From: Bacilli bacterium
GTDB taxonomy: Bacteria; Bacillota_I; Bacilli_A; ML615J-28; CAG-698
Reading direction: 5' to 3'
Assembly: GCA_031553555.1 (NCBI GenBank)
Contig: JAVBLL010000003.1
Location: 40,359 to 104,358 of the forward strand
DNA length: 64,000 bases
Below are positions 10,457 through 19,210 of this stretch, one piece after another; within the stretch, counting starts at the first letter, position 1, and each line of letters opens with the position of its first letter. The position numbers and the translations under genes are program-made. The notes under the pieces were generated by a model. That model was not told the DNA's origin, ran no database searches, and was given only the letters and a program-made list of their open reading frames with translations.

Positions 10457-11146
10457 ATGATTTATTATATTTTAATAGGCGACATGATTGATTCTAAAAA
10501 GATAAATTATGAACAGAGGAGAAAAATTCAAAGTTCTTTAAAAGAATGTTTGGATAGAATCAATATAAAATATTCTGAATACCTTGTAACGGAAATGACT
10601 ATAACGCTTGGAGATGAATTTCAAGGAATGTTTCGTAACATTGATAAAATATTTGAAATTATTACGATTATTAATGTGAGCTTCAATGTATATTTTAGAT
10701 ATGGCATAGGAATAGGTCAAAATTATACAGATCTTAATAACAAAATTTCCATTGGTATGGATGGTCCAGCGTGGTGGGAAGCTAGAAATAATATTGAAGA
10801 AATTAGAAATAAACATGAAAAAGGGATTAATAACAAAACATCAATGATAATAACTGGGTTAAAAGATAAAACAATTATTGAATTAATTAATTCAATTTTA
10901 TCTTTTTGTTCTTATATTTATGTAAAATGGACAGAGCCAGAAAAAATGATAATTTTAAAAATAGTTGAGCAAATTGGATTGATATCAAGTTTTAATCAAA
11001 GAGAACTTGCAAAGAAAAATGAAATAGATCCTACATATTTAAACAAAAAATTAAAATCATCTAGATTTTTAGATTATTGTGATAGTTTGAATGCAGTTAA
11101 TGATGCAATTAATTATAACATTGCAAAGGAGCAAATGTATGAATAA
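10457..11146 (+). CDS. SatD-family protein (nucleotidyl-cyclase-like N-terminal domain plus C-terminal HTH-like region)
   Basis: MIYYILIGDMIDSKK and LGDEFQGMF resemble SatD-family motifs. The C-terminus QRELAKKNEIDPTYLNKKLK looks like an HTH. AGGAGG RBS precedes the ATG at 10457. Confidence 0.65.
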   Translation: MIYYILIGDMIDSKKINYEQRRKIQSSLKECLDRINIKYSEYLVTEMTITLGDEFQGMFRNIDKIFEIITIINVSFNVYFRYGIGIGQNYTDLNNKISIGMDGPAWWEARNNIEEIRNKHEKGINNKTSMIITGLKDKTIIELINSILSFCSYIYVKWTEPEKMIILKIVEQIGLISSFNQRELAKKNEIDPTYLNKKLKSSRFLDYCDSLNAVNDAINYNIAKEQMYE

Positions 11147-11930
11147 TGTGTGTATTATATTGATTTTTCTACAATTACATCTTTTGGCTGATTTTTATTT
11201 GCAAACAGCAAAAATGGCGGAGCAAATAAAAGAGACATCTGATGAAAGTAAAATATTCACAAAATCTAAAACTTCATTTTTAATTCATATATTGATTTAT
11301 TCAGGACTAATGTTAATCCCTTTTTTTGTTTTTGGATTTAACTGGTGGTACTTATTAATAGGGGTTATTTGTGGAGTATCACATTGTATTATTGATATTT
11401 TAAAAATTCTATTTAGAAAAAAATTTAAATACGATTCAATTGTTTTTGTTATTGACCAAGTAGTACATATTTTTGTTATAATTATTTCTACATATTTTTT
11501 ATCATCAAAAAATACAAATGCTTTATGGAATTTGGAACAATATTTAGATAAAAATATTATTCAGTGGATAACTTCAATAATATTTTTATGGAAACCAGCC
11601 AATATTATATTTAAAAATCTGTTTTCTAAGTACAAACCCAATAAAAACAATCAAGAAAAGGATGATAATTCTTTCGAGAATACCCTTAATGATGACATTG
11701 GGAAAGACAACGCAGGTGCTATGATAGGTAATATGGAAAGATTGCTATTGTTTGTTTGCTTATTTTTCGGACAATACATTACAATGGGATTAATTATAAC
11801 TTGTAAAGGGTTTGCCCGCTATGCAACAATTCAAAAAAATGCATCATTTGCTGAATATTTTTTAATAGGCACTTTTTATAGTATAATTTATGTGGTATGC
11901 ATATATACAGCATTTTTCATTCTAATATAA
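11139..11930 (+). CDS. DUF3307 (SatE-like) membrane protein
   Basis: N-terminus LQLHLLADFYLQT is the typical DUF3307 opening. Multi-TM. It overlaps the SatD stop by 8 nt. Confidence 0.65.
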   Translation: MNNVCIILIFLQLHLLADFYLQTAKMAEQIKETSDESKIFTKSKTSFLIHILIYSGLMLIPFFVFGFNWWYLLIGVICGVSHCIIDILKILFRKKFKYDSIVFVIDQVVHIFVIIISTYFLSSKNTNALWNLEQYLDKNIIQWITSIIFLWKPANIIFKNLFSKYKPNKNNQEKDDNSFENTLNDDIGKDNAGAMIGNMERLLLFVCLFFGQYITMGLIITCKGFARYATIQKNASFAEYFLIGTFYSIIYVVCIYTAFFILI

Positions 11931-12037
11931 TAACAATAAATATTAAAATTAAGAATAAAGAAATTTAGTGATATTTTACTTAAAGGCGCCTTTAGAGATT
12001 ATTAACAAAGAATATCAGGATTTGAATAAAAATATGC

Positions 12038-12130
12038 AATGCAATAACAATTTGCGTTTATAATTGAAAAATCAACTATTATAATTATAAAAAATATATA
12101 ATGCAATATTAACTTGCGTTACAATTAACA
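12038..12130 (+). promoter_or_regulatory. two copies of an imperfect palindromic motif AATGCAATA-N-TTGCGTT upstream of an XRE gene
   Basis: AATGCAATAACAATTTGCGTTTATAATTGAAAA lies at about 12038 and AATGCAATATTAACTTGCGTTACAATTAACAAAA at about 12099. TATAAT is at 12141-12146. Confidence 0.35.
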
Positions 12131-12202
12131 AAATATCTAGTATAATATAATCAAATATATAAATATTTTTTACTTATTTATATATTTAATATTAGGAGGC
12201 AA

Positions 12203-13108
12203 ATGATGAATACATTTGGAAAAAAGCTAAAACAACTGAGAATAGATAAAAATATGACTCAAGAACTATTAGCTGAGAAGTTATATGTTAGTAGGCAATC
12301 GGTATCGCAATGGGAAAATAATATATGCTATCCAGACATTGAAACTTTGAAACAAATCTCAGAAATATTTGAAGTTACCATTGATAACTTATTATATGAT
12401 AACAATAAGCATATAATTGAAAGAGCTATTTTGACTACCGAAAAGAAAAGTGCAAGTATCACAAATAAAATGAGATATGTGGCAATATTATTAACTATTT
12501 GTGTGGTTTATATTATTATTACCGGAATAGTTTTAATAATAAGAAATAATCAAGCAAATAAGAGTAATGATTATATAACATATTCTGTATCGTCTACAAC
12601 AGAATTTAAAGAAGAACTTATTAGAATTCCAGCAAAAACAATGGATGATCTCAAGTTCGTTGAAATATATGATAAGGTAGTTGATAGTTATATTGAATAT
12701 TATGAAAAATATAAAACTTATAAAGTAGAAGACTTACTATTTTATGCTTCTCCTAAGGAATATATTGAAATTATCATAAATGAAAGAGGCAATATTAAAA
12801 ATATTACCTTGCCAAATATCACAGTATTTCTTAAAGATAACCAAGAGTATTCAAAAATGAAGCTAAGTGTAAAGAAGCAACCGGTTTGGTTTACTAATAC
12901 GGATAGTAATAGTATAAAAATAGAATATAGACAAGGAAACTTAATTTTCTATGTTTATGTAAATGGTAGTAGTCCAAGTAATATTCCACAATCAAACGTA
13001 CTAATCAACTTTCAACAAGTAATCACTATTGTACAAGAAGATATTGATAATCTATTTGTATGGCCATATAATATATTAACTTATAGATATTATTTATGGC
13101 AAAAATAA
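12203..13108 (+). CDS. membrane-anchored XRE-family HTH protein with an extracytoplasmic C-terminal domain
   Basis: LKQLRIDKNMTQELLAEKLYVSRQSVSQWEN HTH, then one TM helix (YVAILLTICVVYIIITGIVLII), then about 190 aa with no recognised motif. Confidence 0.75.
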   Translation: MMNTFGKKLKQLRIDKNMTQELLAEKLYVSRQSVSQWENNICYPDIETLKQISEIFEVTIDNLLYDNNKHIIERAILTTEKKSASITNKMRYVAILLTICVVYIIITGIVLIIRNNQANKSNDYITYSVSSTTEFKEELIRIPAKTMDDLKFVEIYDKVVDSYIEYYEKYKTYKVEDLLFYASPKEYIEIIINERGNIKNITLPNITVFLKDNQEYSKMKLSVKKQPVWFTNTDSNSIKIEYRQGNLIFYVYVNGSSPSNIPQSNVLINFQQVITIVQEDIDNLFVWPYNILTYRYYLWQK

Positions 13109-13133
13109 TGAACCCTTGGTTCATATAGAACCA

Positions 13134-13175
13134 AATGCCAATAATGAACCAATAATTCATTATTGGCATTTTTTA
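13134..13175 (+). terminator. rho-independent terminator
   Basis: AATGCCAATAATGA ... TCATTATTGGCATT followed by TTTT. Confidence 0.8.
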
Positions 13176-13266
13176 TTGAAAAATATAAGTTTTTAATGTA
13201 TTATTATAGTTAGTTATAAAAAATAAACTGTTTTATAATTAGAGGAAGTAAATTCTATATTGGTTT

Positions 13267-13701
13267 ATGAAAACTTTAAATAATTATGCATATTGGAAAA
13301 GTGATGTTGCAGTAATAAGTAACTCATTATTTAATGAAAAGACCAACAAAAAAGAATATCAAGTTATTAATTCATAAGATTATGATTATTCTACTGCAAC
13401 TTATAAAGGAACATTATATGTATTAATGAATAAATGGGTTGCATCCAGCGGTGAGGCCGCTATTGCTTATGCAAAATCATGCAAGAATGTTGTTTTTATA
13501 GGTTCTGCGTCCAGTGGTATGGGACAATATGGTGATTGTAAAACATATCAGTTAATAAATTCTAAAATTATTATAACATTAGGTTACAAAGTATTCCAAA
13601 TGCAGTTTGACGAGGGAAAAGGATATATTCCAGATTATTGGATTGATTCATCAAATCCATTAAAGTATTTACAAAAATGGTTAAAAACTAATAAAATTTA
13701 A
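13267..13701 (+). pseudogene. remnant of an S41 (tail-specific protease-like) peptidase C-terminal part with an in-frame TAA
   Basis: GTLYVLMNKWVASSGEAAIAY resembles the S41 catalytic-Ser region. The same frame is open from the ATG at 13267 but is interrupted by TAA at 13375-13377. It is far shorter than a complete S41 enzyme. Confidence 0.4.
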
Positions 13702-13828
13702 TGTTTTATTAGTTTTTAATATTACCTATAATGACCGAAATCTCGTTTAATAATGTATAGTTAGAAATTAAATGTAAATTATATAAAAAAACCAAAGATT
13801 TTTTGTTATATATAAAGAGGTAAAATAT

Positions 13829-15004
13829 ATGAAAAAAATATTGACTTTATCAATACTTGCATTTAGTTTCCTGTTTTTTGGATGTGGGGTAGAAGTACCA
13901 ACAAGTTTTGGAGTTCCTGAAGGCTTATGGTTTTATTCTGGAAACGAAAGATGTTTAAGTGATGGTTCGCAAAAAGAAGAAATAGTAACAAACGTCATGG
14001 TAGATAATGTACAATATGGTATTGAAATTGTTAATTATAAATATTTTGAAAATAATATTTATTTTAATATTAAATATGATAATAAACATGGTTTATTTTT
14101 CTATGATATAAAAGAGAAAAATTTGAAGTTAATATATCCAGATTATGCTTATAGTATAGTATTTATGAATGAAAACTATATTCTTATAAAAGATTATCAT
14201 AATAATTATATTTTAATTGACCATAATGGAAATGTCTTAGAAGAAGATGCATATTCCTATAAGTCATATTATTTTATTGATTCTACTTATATAGGTAATG
14301 CTAATAATAATACTGCAACCATTAAAAAATGGGGAGAAGAGAACTTCACAACTATTTTTGAAGCTGATAATGTAAATGAAAAAGTAGTAGCAATTGTAAA
14401 ATGTGGTAATAACCTTCGAATTACTACGAAAATTAGGGATGATCTATATGGCTTTTATATTTATAATATGAATGAGCAAAAAATCATAGCAATAAATAAC
14501 CCTAGTCTTGATGAATATGCAAAAATAATAAATGATGATTATTATATGACGTATAAAATAACGAAATATCAAAATGCTTGGACTCCTATTATTAGTGAAT
14601 GCAAATTATACAAATATGAAAATGGGGCGATGCAATTACAATACACTTTCCCAGCAGATTATAATTGTAAAGATACAAAAATTGTAGATGATTATTTGAA
14701 TGTAACAGTAGTTCGTTATAAAAATAATGATATTAGATATTCAAGATGTTATTTAAATCTTGAAACATTAAAATTAAAAAAAGGTCTAAAAACATCTGAA
14801 AATGTGCTTAATTATAAATTGAATGGGCATCTTTATACAAATGATGAATATATTTTTTATCAATATAGCGCATCTGCAGGAATAATATCTAGTACAAAGC
14901 ACCAATTTGTATATCGATATAATATCAAAACAGAAGAAGATGAAGTAATGCAATATAAGTTAGATCAAGATAGATTTTATTTTGATTTAATATATGATTA
15001 TTAG
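13829..15004 (+). CDS. hypothetical lipoprotein
   Basis: Signal peptide with lipobox FFGC. RBS AAAGAGG. Confidence 0.7.
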   Translation: MKKILTLSILAFSFLFFGCGVEVPTSFGVPEGLWFYSGNERCLSDGSQKEEIVTNVMVDNVQYGIEIVNYKYFENNIYFNIKYDNKHGLFFYDIKEKNLKLIYPDYAYSIVFMNENYILIKDYHNNYILIDHNGNVLEEDAYSYKSYYFIDSTYIGNANNNTATIKKWGEENFTTIFEADNVNEKVVAIVKCGNNLRITTKIRDDLYGFYIYNMNEQKIIAINNPSLDEYAKIINDDYYMTYKITKYQNAWTPIISECKLYKYENGAMQLQYTFPADYNCKDTKIVDDYLNVTVVRYKNNDIRYSRCYLNLETLKLKKGLKTSENVLNYKLNGHLYTNDEYIFYQYSASAGIISSTKHQFVYRYNIKTEEDEVMQYKLDQDRFYFDLIYDY

Positions 15005-15163
15005 ATTCCGATTATTTATAATTAACTATTTGTAATATTGAATAATAAATCAAAAATAATTTGGTTTGTAAATATTACTAAGTGAAATTAAATATAATTA
15101 TGATATCTCTAAATCAAATATGAAATTGGTTTTCGTCACGCAAAGATTTTTGGCTTATTGAAG

Positions 15164-15219
15164 TTTCATACTTTTATATTTTCATTTTACCTTATTAATG
15201 AAAATATAAAAGTATGAAA
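15164..15219. repeat. perfect 23-bp inverted repeat with a 10-nt loop
   Basis: TTTCATACTTTTATATTTTCATT (15164-15186) and AATGAAAATATAAAAGTATGAAA (15197-15219). Confidence 0.85.
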
Positions 15220-15263
15220 TAAAGATTATTATAGTGTGTATGCTAACTTTTTTTGAAAATGTC

Positions 15264-15292
15264 TTGCAAAAAAAGTTTATTTTTAGTATAAT
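15264..15292 (+). promoter_or_regulatory. sigma-70-type promoter of the tRNA pair
   Basis: TTGCAA (15264-15269), 17-nt spacer, TATAAT (15287-15292), 16 nt before tRNA-Trp. Confidence 0.65.
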
Positions 15293-15308
15293 CTATAAGT
15301 AATGAAAT

Positions 15309-15382
15309 AGGGGTATAGTTCAACGGTAGAGCAGCGGTCTCCAAAACCGTAGATGTGGGTTCGAATCCTACTACCCCTGCCA
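15309..15382 (+). tRNA. trnW: tRNA-Trp (anticodon CCA)
   Basis: Acceptor AGGGGTA/TACCCCT, anticodon loop CTCCAAA, T-arm GGTTCGAATCC and an encoded CCA end. Confidence 0.95.
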
Positions 15383-15400
15383 TTATATAATTTTTTATAT

Positions 15401-15477
15401 GGCGATCGTGGCGAAGTGGTTAACGCTCTGGATTGTGGCTTCAGCATTCGTGGGTTCGATTCCCATCGGTCGCCCCA
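15401..15477 (+). tRNA. trnH: tRNA-His (anticodon GTG) with G-1
   Basis: Extra 5-prime G pairing with the discriminator C. Anticodon loop TTGTGGC, T-arm GGGTTCGATTCCC and an encoded CCA. Confidence 0.95.
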
Positions 15478-15488
15478 GTTGAGTAACT

Positions 15489-15537
15489 AACAAGATATTG
15501 TACAGTTTTTATTAGACTGTCCAACATCTTGTTTTTT
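15489..15537 (+). terminator. hairpin plus T-run after tRNA-His
   Basis: AACAAGAT ... ATCTTGTT with an inner GTACAG/CTGTCC pairing, followed by TTTTTT. It abuts the stop codon of the minus-strand transposase gene. Confidence 0.6.
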
Positions 15538-16774
15538 ATTTCTCATAAAACTCTTTTTCAAATTGATTGGGTGTTTTATTTTTTAATGTATTATGCGGTC
15601 TGTAATCATTGTAAAATTTAACATATTCTTCAAGCGATTGTTTTACTTCATAAAAATTAGTGAAGACCATTCTATTTAGTTCCTCTTTTCGATAAAAGGA
15701 AAAGAATGACTCTGCAACAGCATTATCATAAGGATTTCCAACATTTGAGAATGATTGAAGTACATCTAAAGATTTAAGCAAATTACAAAATTCATAAGCG
15801 GTATATTGAGTTCCACGATCACTATGAAACATCAAATCTTTTGGCTCATTTCTTTTTTCATAAGCCGCCTTAAATGTATTGATTACTAAATTAGAATTAT
15901 TTATATACGAGGCTTTTGCGCCAACTATTTTTCTGGAAAATAAATCGATAACAATACAAACATAATAGGAATTGCCATTTACTTTTATCGTGGCAATATC
16001 ACTTACCCATACTTTATTTGGAGCATCTTGAGTAAATTTTCGCAATAGCATGTTTTTATAAAATGGATTATAGTTTCCAGAAGGATATTTTTGTTTTTTT
16101 GTAATCAATAGCGGAGACAAATTAAGTTCTTTCATTAAATTATGTATTTTTTTCTCAGATGTTATATAGCCCAAATCTTTTAGTTTGGCTTCAATTTTTT
16201 TTGCACCAAAACGGGATTTGCTTTTTTCAAAAATCTCTTTTATTATTGGTTTTAGTTGTTCATCTTTAATTTCATAAGTAGTCTTGTCAACTCTTCTAAA
16301 ATGGTGATTATAAAACGTCCCTACTTTCACATTGAAAATTCTGCACATTTCTTTTACTGGATATAGACCAAATAGTTTTTCAATTGCTTCAAGTCGTATT
16401 TTCAGAGAAGATGTTTTGAAGCAGCCGGCTTTTTCATATATTTCTATTTGCCTGTTTTTTCTTTTCAATTCATTTTGAAGAGTTATAATATCGCTATAAG
16501 TGAATTTATTTTCATGTCTAGAAGAGTGTACTGTATATAATTTTTTCCAATAATAAAGAGTGCTTCTAGATATATTATATTCATTCATAATTTGACTAAT
16601 AGGAATATTATTATTTATTTTTTCAATTATTTCTTTCTTCACCTTATCCATAAATTTCTCCTAAATAAATAATAACATAAATTTATTTTAATAAAAAATT
16701 AATTATTATAGTAATTATCATATAATTGTTATAAAATATAACAAATAATTTAAAAAAAATTAAAAAAATGTATA
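15499..16774 (-). mobile_element. possible extent of the IS3-like element (ends uncertain)
   Basis: TGTACAGTTTTTATTAG at 15499 versus the reverse complement of AAAAAAATGTATA ending at 16774 gives only a weak inverted-repeat match. No matching target-site duplication was seen. Confidence 0.3.
15536..16651 (-). CDS. IS3-family (IS150-like) transposase, single uninterrupted ORF
   Basis: N-terminal HTH (ISRSTLYYWKK) and an rve/DDE core (WVSDIATI, HSDRGTQYTAYEF, NPYDNAVAESFF, YRPH). Confidence 0.85.
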   Translation of the reverse strand: MDKVKKEIIEKINNNIPISQIMNEYNISRSTLYYWKKLYTVHSSRHENKFTYSDIITLQNELKRKNRQIEIYEKAGCFKTSSLKIRLEAIEKLFGLYPVKEMCRIFNVKVGTFYNHHFRRVDKTTYEIKDEQLKPIIKEIFEKSKSRFGAKKIEAKLKDLGYITSEKKIHNLMKELNLSPLLITKKQKYPSGNYNPFYKNMLLRKFTQDAPNKVWVSDIATIKVNGNSYYVCIVIDLFSRKIVGAKASYINNSNLVINTFKAAYEKRNEPKDLMFHSDRGTQYTAYEFCNLLKSLDVLQSFSNVGNPYDNAVAESFFSFYRKEELNRMVFTNFYEVKQSLEEYVKFYNDYRPHNTLKNKTPNQFEKEFYEK

Positions 16775-16818
16775 CTTTTTTAGATTTTATGATATAATAT
16801 ATTGAAAGGAGAAATGAA

Positions 16819-18141
16819 ATGTTTACAAATATAAAAATTGAAAATTTTCAATCACTAGTTAATCTTGAAGTTGATTTACTGAAGACAAACAACAATCCAA
16901 AAAAAATGATAGTAATTTATGGCGAAAATGGAGTTGGAAAAACAAATTTTGCTACAACTTTTCATATGCTATTAGAAACAATTAGAACCATGTCTATAAG
17001 AGAGAGGTTAGTAGAGTTATTGGAAAAGGATAAGGATAAAAAAGAGTTTTCTTTTTTTGAATCTATCATTAAAGACTATTATAGTGATACAGAGAGTATA
17101 ATTAAAAAATATAAAACACAAGATTCAAATGAAAATATGTTTATTGAATATAAATTTAAAATTAAAAGTAAAAAAGGAACCTATCATTTAGAATATAATA
17201 ACTTTGAATTGGTTTCTGAAAGGCTGGATTATGTTTTGAATTCTAATCAAATTTGTTTTTTTAATATAACGAATAACAAGGATAAAACAAAAATAAACGA
17301 AAAAATTTTCACAAATAAGCAATATTATAAGCAATTTGATGAAGAATTAAATAAGTATTGGGGTAAACATAGTTTTCTATCAATTTTATATAATGAAATA
17401 GATGATAAAAAGAGAGGCTATGTTAAAAAAAATGTAGCAAAAGAATTATTTGATGTATTATTTTTCTTTTTGAGTGTTAATACAAAAATAAAAAATAAAA
17501 ATAAAGAATTTGGTGTCTTTGGAACAAGTAATAAAAATATTCATGATTTTTGTACGGGAAAAATATCAGTAAAAGAAGAAAATGTTTTAGACAAAACTGC
17601 TATAATGTTAAAACAGTTGTTTACTAATATGTATTCAGACATAAAAGATGTATATTATAAAAAAGAGTTTATTGATAATAAAATAAATTATCAATTATAT
17701 GTAAAAAAATTAGTTTATAATAATTTATTAGAGATAAATTTTGTAAAAGAATCTACAGGGACACAAAATTTATTGGATCTTATTCCTTATATTTTACAAG
17801 CATTGAAAGGTAATGTGGTTATTATTGATGAAATGGATTCAGGAATTCATGATATTTTAATCAACAATCTTCTGAAAAATATAAAAGAATATATAAAAGG
17901 TCAATTAATTATTACTACACATAATACTTTGTTACTGGAGTCTGCATTATCTAAAGAAAATATATATATATTTATAGTAAATCATAATGCTGAAAAAAAA
18001 TTAATTCCGCTAACAAGTTTTGATGAACGACAACATAAGAACTTTAATATGAGAAAAAGGTACCTTACAGGTTTATATGGTGGCATACCTTATACAACGG
18101 ATATAGATTTTGATGAAATAGCTAATTATTTAAAGGATTAG
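16819..18141 (+). CDS. ABC-type (AAA_15/AAA_21-like) ATPase of the OLD / AbiLi / AriA class
   Basis: Walker A GENGVGKTN, signature-like STGTQN, Walker B VVIIDEMDSGIHD and TTHN. GGAG RBS. Confidence 0.8.
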   Translation: MFTNIKIENFQSLVNLEVDLLKTNNNPKKMIVIYGENGVGKTNFATTFHMLLETIRTMSIRERLVELLEKDKDKKEFSFFESIIKDYYSDTESIIKKYKTQDSNENMFIEYKFKIKSKKGTYHLEYNNFELVSERLDYVLNSNQICFFNITNNKDKTKINEKIFTNKQYYKQFDEELNKYWGKHSFLSILYNEIDDKKRGYVKKNVAKELFDVLFFFLSVNTKIKNKNKEFGVFGTSNKNIHDFCTGKISVKEENVLDKTAIMLKQLFTNMYSDIKDVYYKKEFIDNKINYQLYVKKLVYNNLLEINFVKESTGTQNLLDLIPYILQALKGNVVIIDEMDSGIHDILINNLLKNIKEYIKGQLIITTHNTLLLESALSKENIYIFIVNHNAEKKLIPLTSFDERQHKNFNMRKRYLTGLYGGIPYTTDIDFDEIANYLKD

Positions 18142-18145
18142 TTAA

Positions 18146-18748
18146 ATGGGGAGAGAACTTAATTATTTAAAAGCTGTAGTAATAGTTCACGGAAAATCGG
18201 AAAAACAAATATGTAATTTTATTAAGTCTAATTTGAGAATTAATATTTTTATTGAAAGCGATAAAAATGGAGAAAAGGCAATTCAAATAACCAGTTTAAT
18301 GAAGAGAACCTTAAATAATAAGAAATTTAAAAGTTTTAAATCATTAAAAAGTTTTTTTGATGACCTTCAAATTGATAAAGAAACAAAGCAAATTGCTGAT
18401 GGTTTTAAAATTTTTATTATAATGGATACTGATGATTGTACAGAACGACAAAAACAAGATTTTCAAAATAAGGCTATGTTCAAAGATCATTGGGCATATG
18501 ATTATATTGTACCAATTTGGAATTGTCCGAATTTGGAGGAAGTTTTAAGGAAATCGGGCATAAAATTCAAGAAAAAAGGCAAAAAACAAAAGGATGAATA
18601 TATTGATATATTTCCTACAGATGAAAAATATAAAAAATCTGATGTATTGCAAATTAAAGAATTTTACAATATATTGGAAAATAATAATAATACTAATATG
18701 AATATTTTCGTTGATTTTTGTCTGGAAATTTTACAAAGAAAACAATAA
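18146..18748 (+). CDS. RloB/AbiLii-like (TOPRIM-type) small protein, partner of the ATPase
   Basis: VVIVHGKSEKQICNF resembles the RloB CEGekTE motif. IIMDTDD is a DxD-type motif. PIWNCPNLEEVL resembles the RloB SNPcFE motif. It lies 4 nt after the ATPase gene. Confidence 0.6.
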   Translation: MGRELNYLKAVVIVHGKSEKQICNFIKSNLRINIFIESDKNGEKAIQITSLMKRTLNNKKFKSFKSLKSFFDDLQIDKETKQIADGFKIFIIMDTDDCTERQKQDFQNKAMFKDHWAYDYIVPIWNCPNLEEVLRKSGIKFKKKGKKQKDEYIDIFPTDEKYKKSDVLQIKEFYNILENNNNTNMNIFVDFCLEILQRKQ

Positions 18749-18848
18749 TATGTGGTGTCAAAAGTGGTGTCAAAAATTTGAGAAAATACTAAATCGATTG
18801 TAGGCGAAATTTTATAGCTAAAATAGAGGATTTAAGCAAATGTAAATT

Positions 18849-18876
18849 TGGGTTACTAACCCCATCGGTCGCCCCA
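18849..18876 (+). repeat. direct repeat of the tRNA-His 3-prime end (att-like)
   Basis: TGGGTTACTAACCCCATCGGTCGCCCCA versus tRNA TGGGTTCGATTCCCATCGGTCGCCCCA (15451-15477). Confidence 0.85.
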
Positions 18877-18888
18877 TTTAAGACTCTT

Positions 18889-18916
18889 AAACTAGGTTGA
18901 AAAGCCTAGTTTTTTT
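18889..18916 (+). terminator. hairpin terminator belonging to the repeated tRNA-His flank
   Basis: AAACTAGG ... CCTAGTTTTTTT. The same structure recurs at about 21487-21514 and about 23749-23777. Confidence 0.7.
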
Positions 18917-19012
18917 GTTGTTTAGGGTGGGTTTGTCGAAATTTGTCGGTCGAAAAATGTAGAAATATATGTTTATATATGATATTCTATATTAAATTAG
19001 GAGTGCACAAAG

Positions 19013-19210
19013 ATGCAAAATAACGAAAAAGATACAGAAAAACATCCGCTATATGAAACGTTTTTTAATATTTTTTCTAAAGAGGATTTAAATCTACCAT
19101 TAGAAAGACAAATTAATAATTTTGAAGAGGAATTAGAAAAATTGTTTTTGAAATACTTAAATTGCGATTCTATAGAAAATGGCATGTTTCCAAAAAGTGG
19201 AAACATATGA
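19013..19210 (+). CDS. small acidic ORF overlapping the RES gene (antitoxin candidate or displaced N-terminus)
   Basis: Good RBS (AGGAG 8 nt upstream). It overlaps the next ORF by 32 nt across an A5 run. Confidence 0.4.
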   Translation: MQNNEKDTEKHPLYETFFNIFSKEDLNLPLERQINNFEEELEKLFLKYLNCDSIENGMFPKSGNI

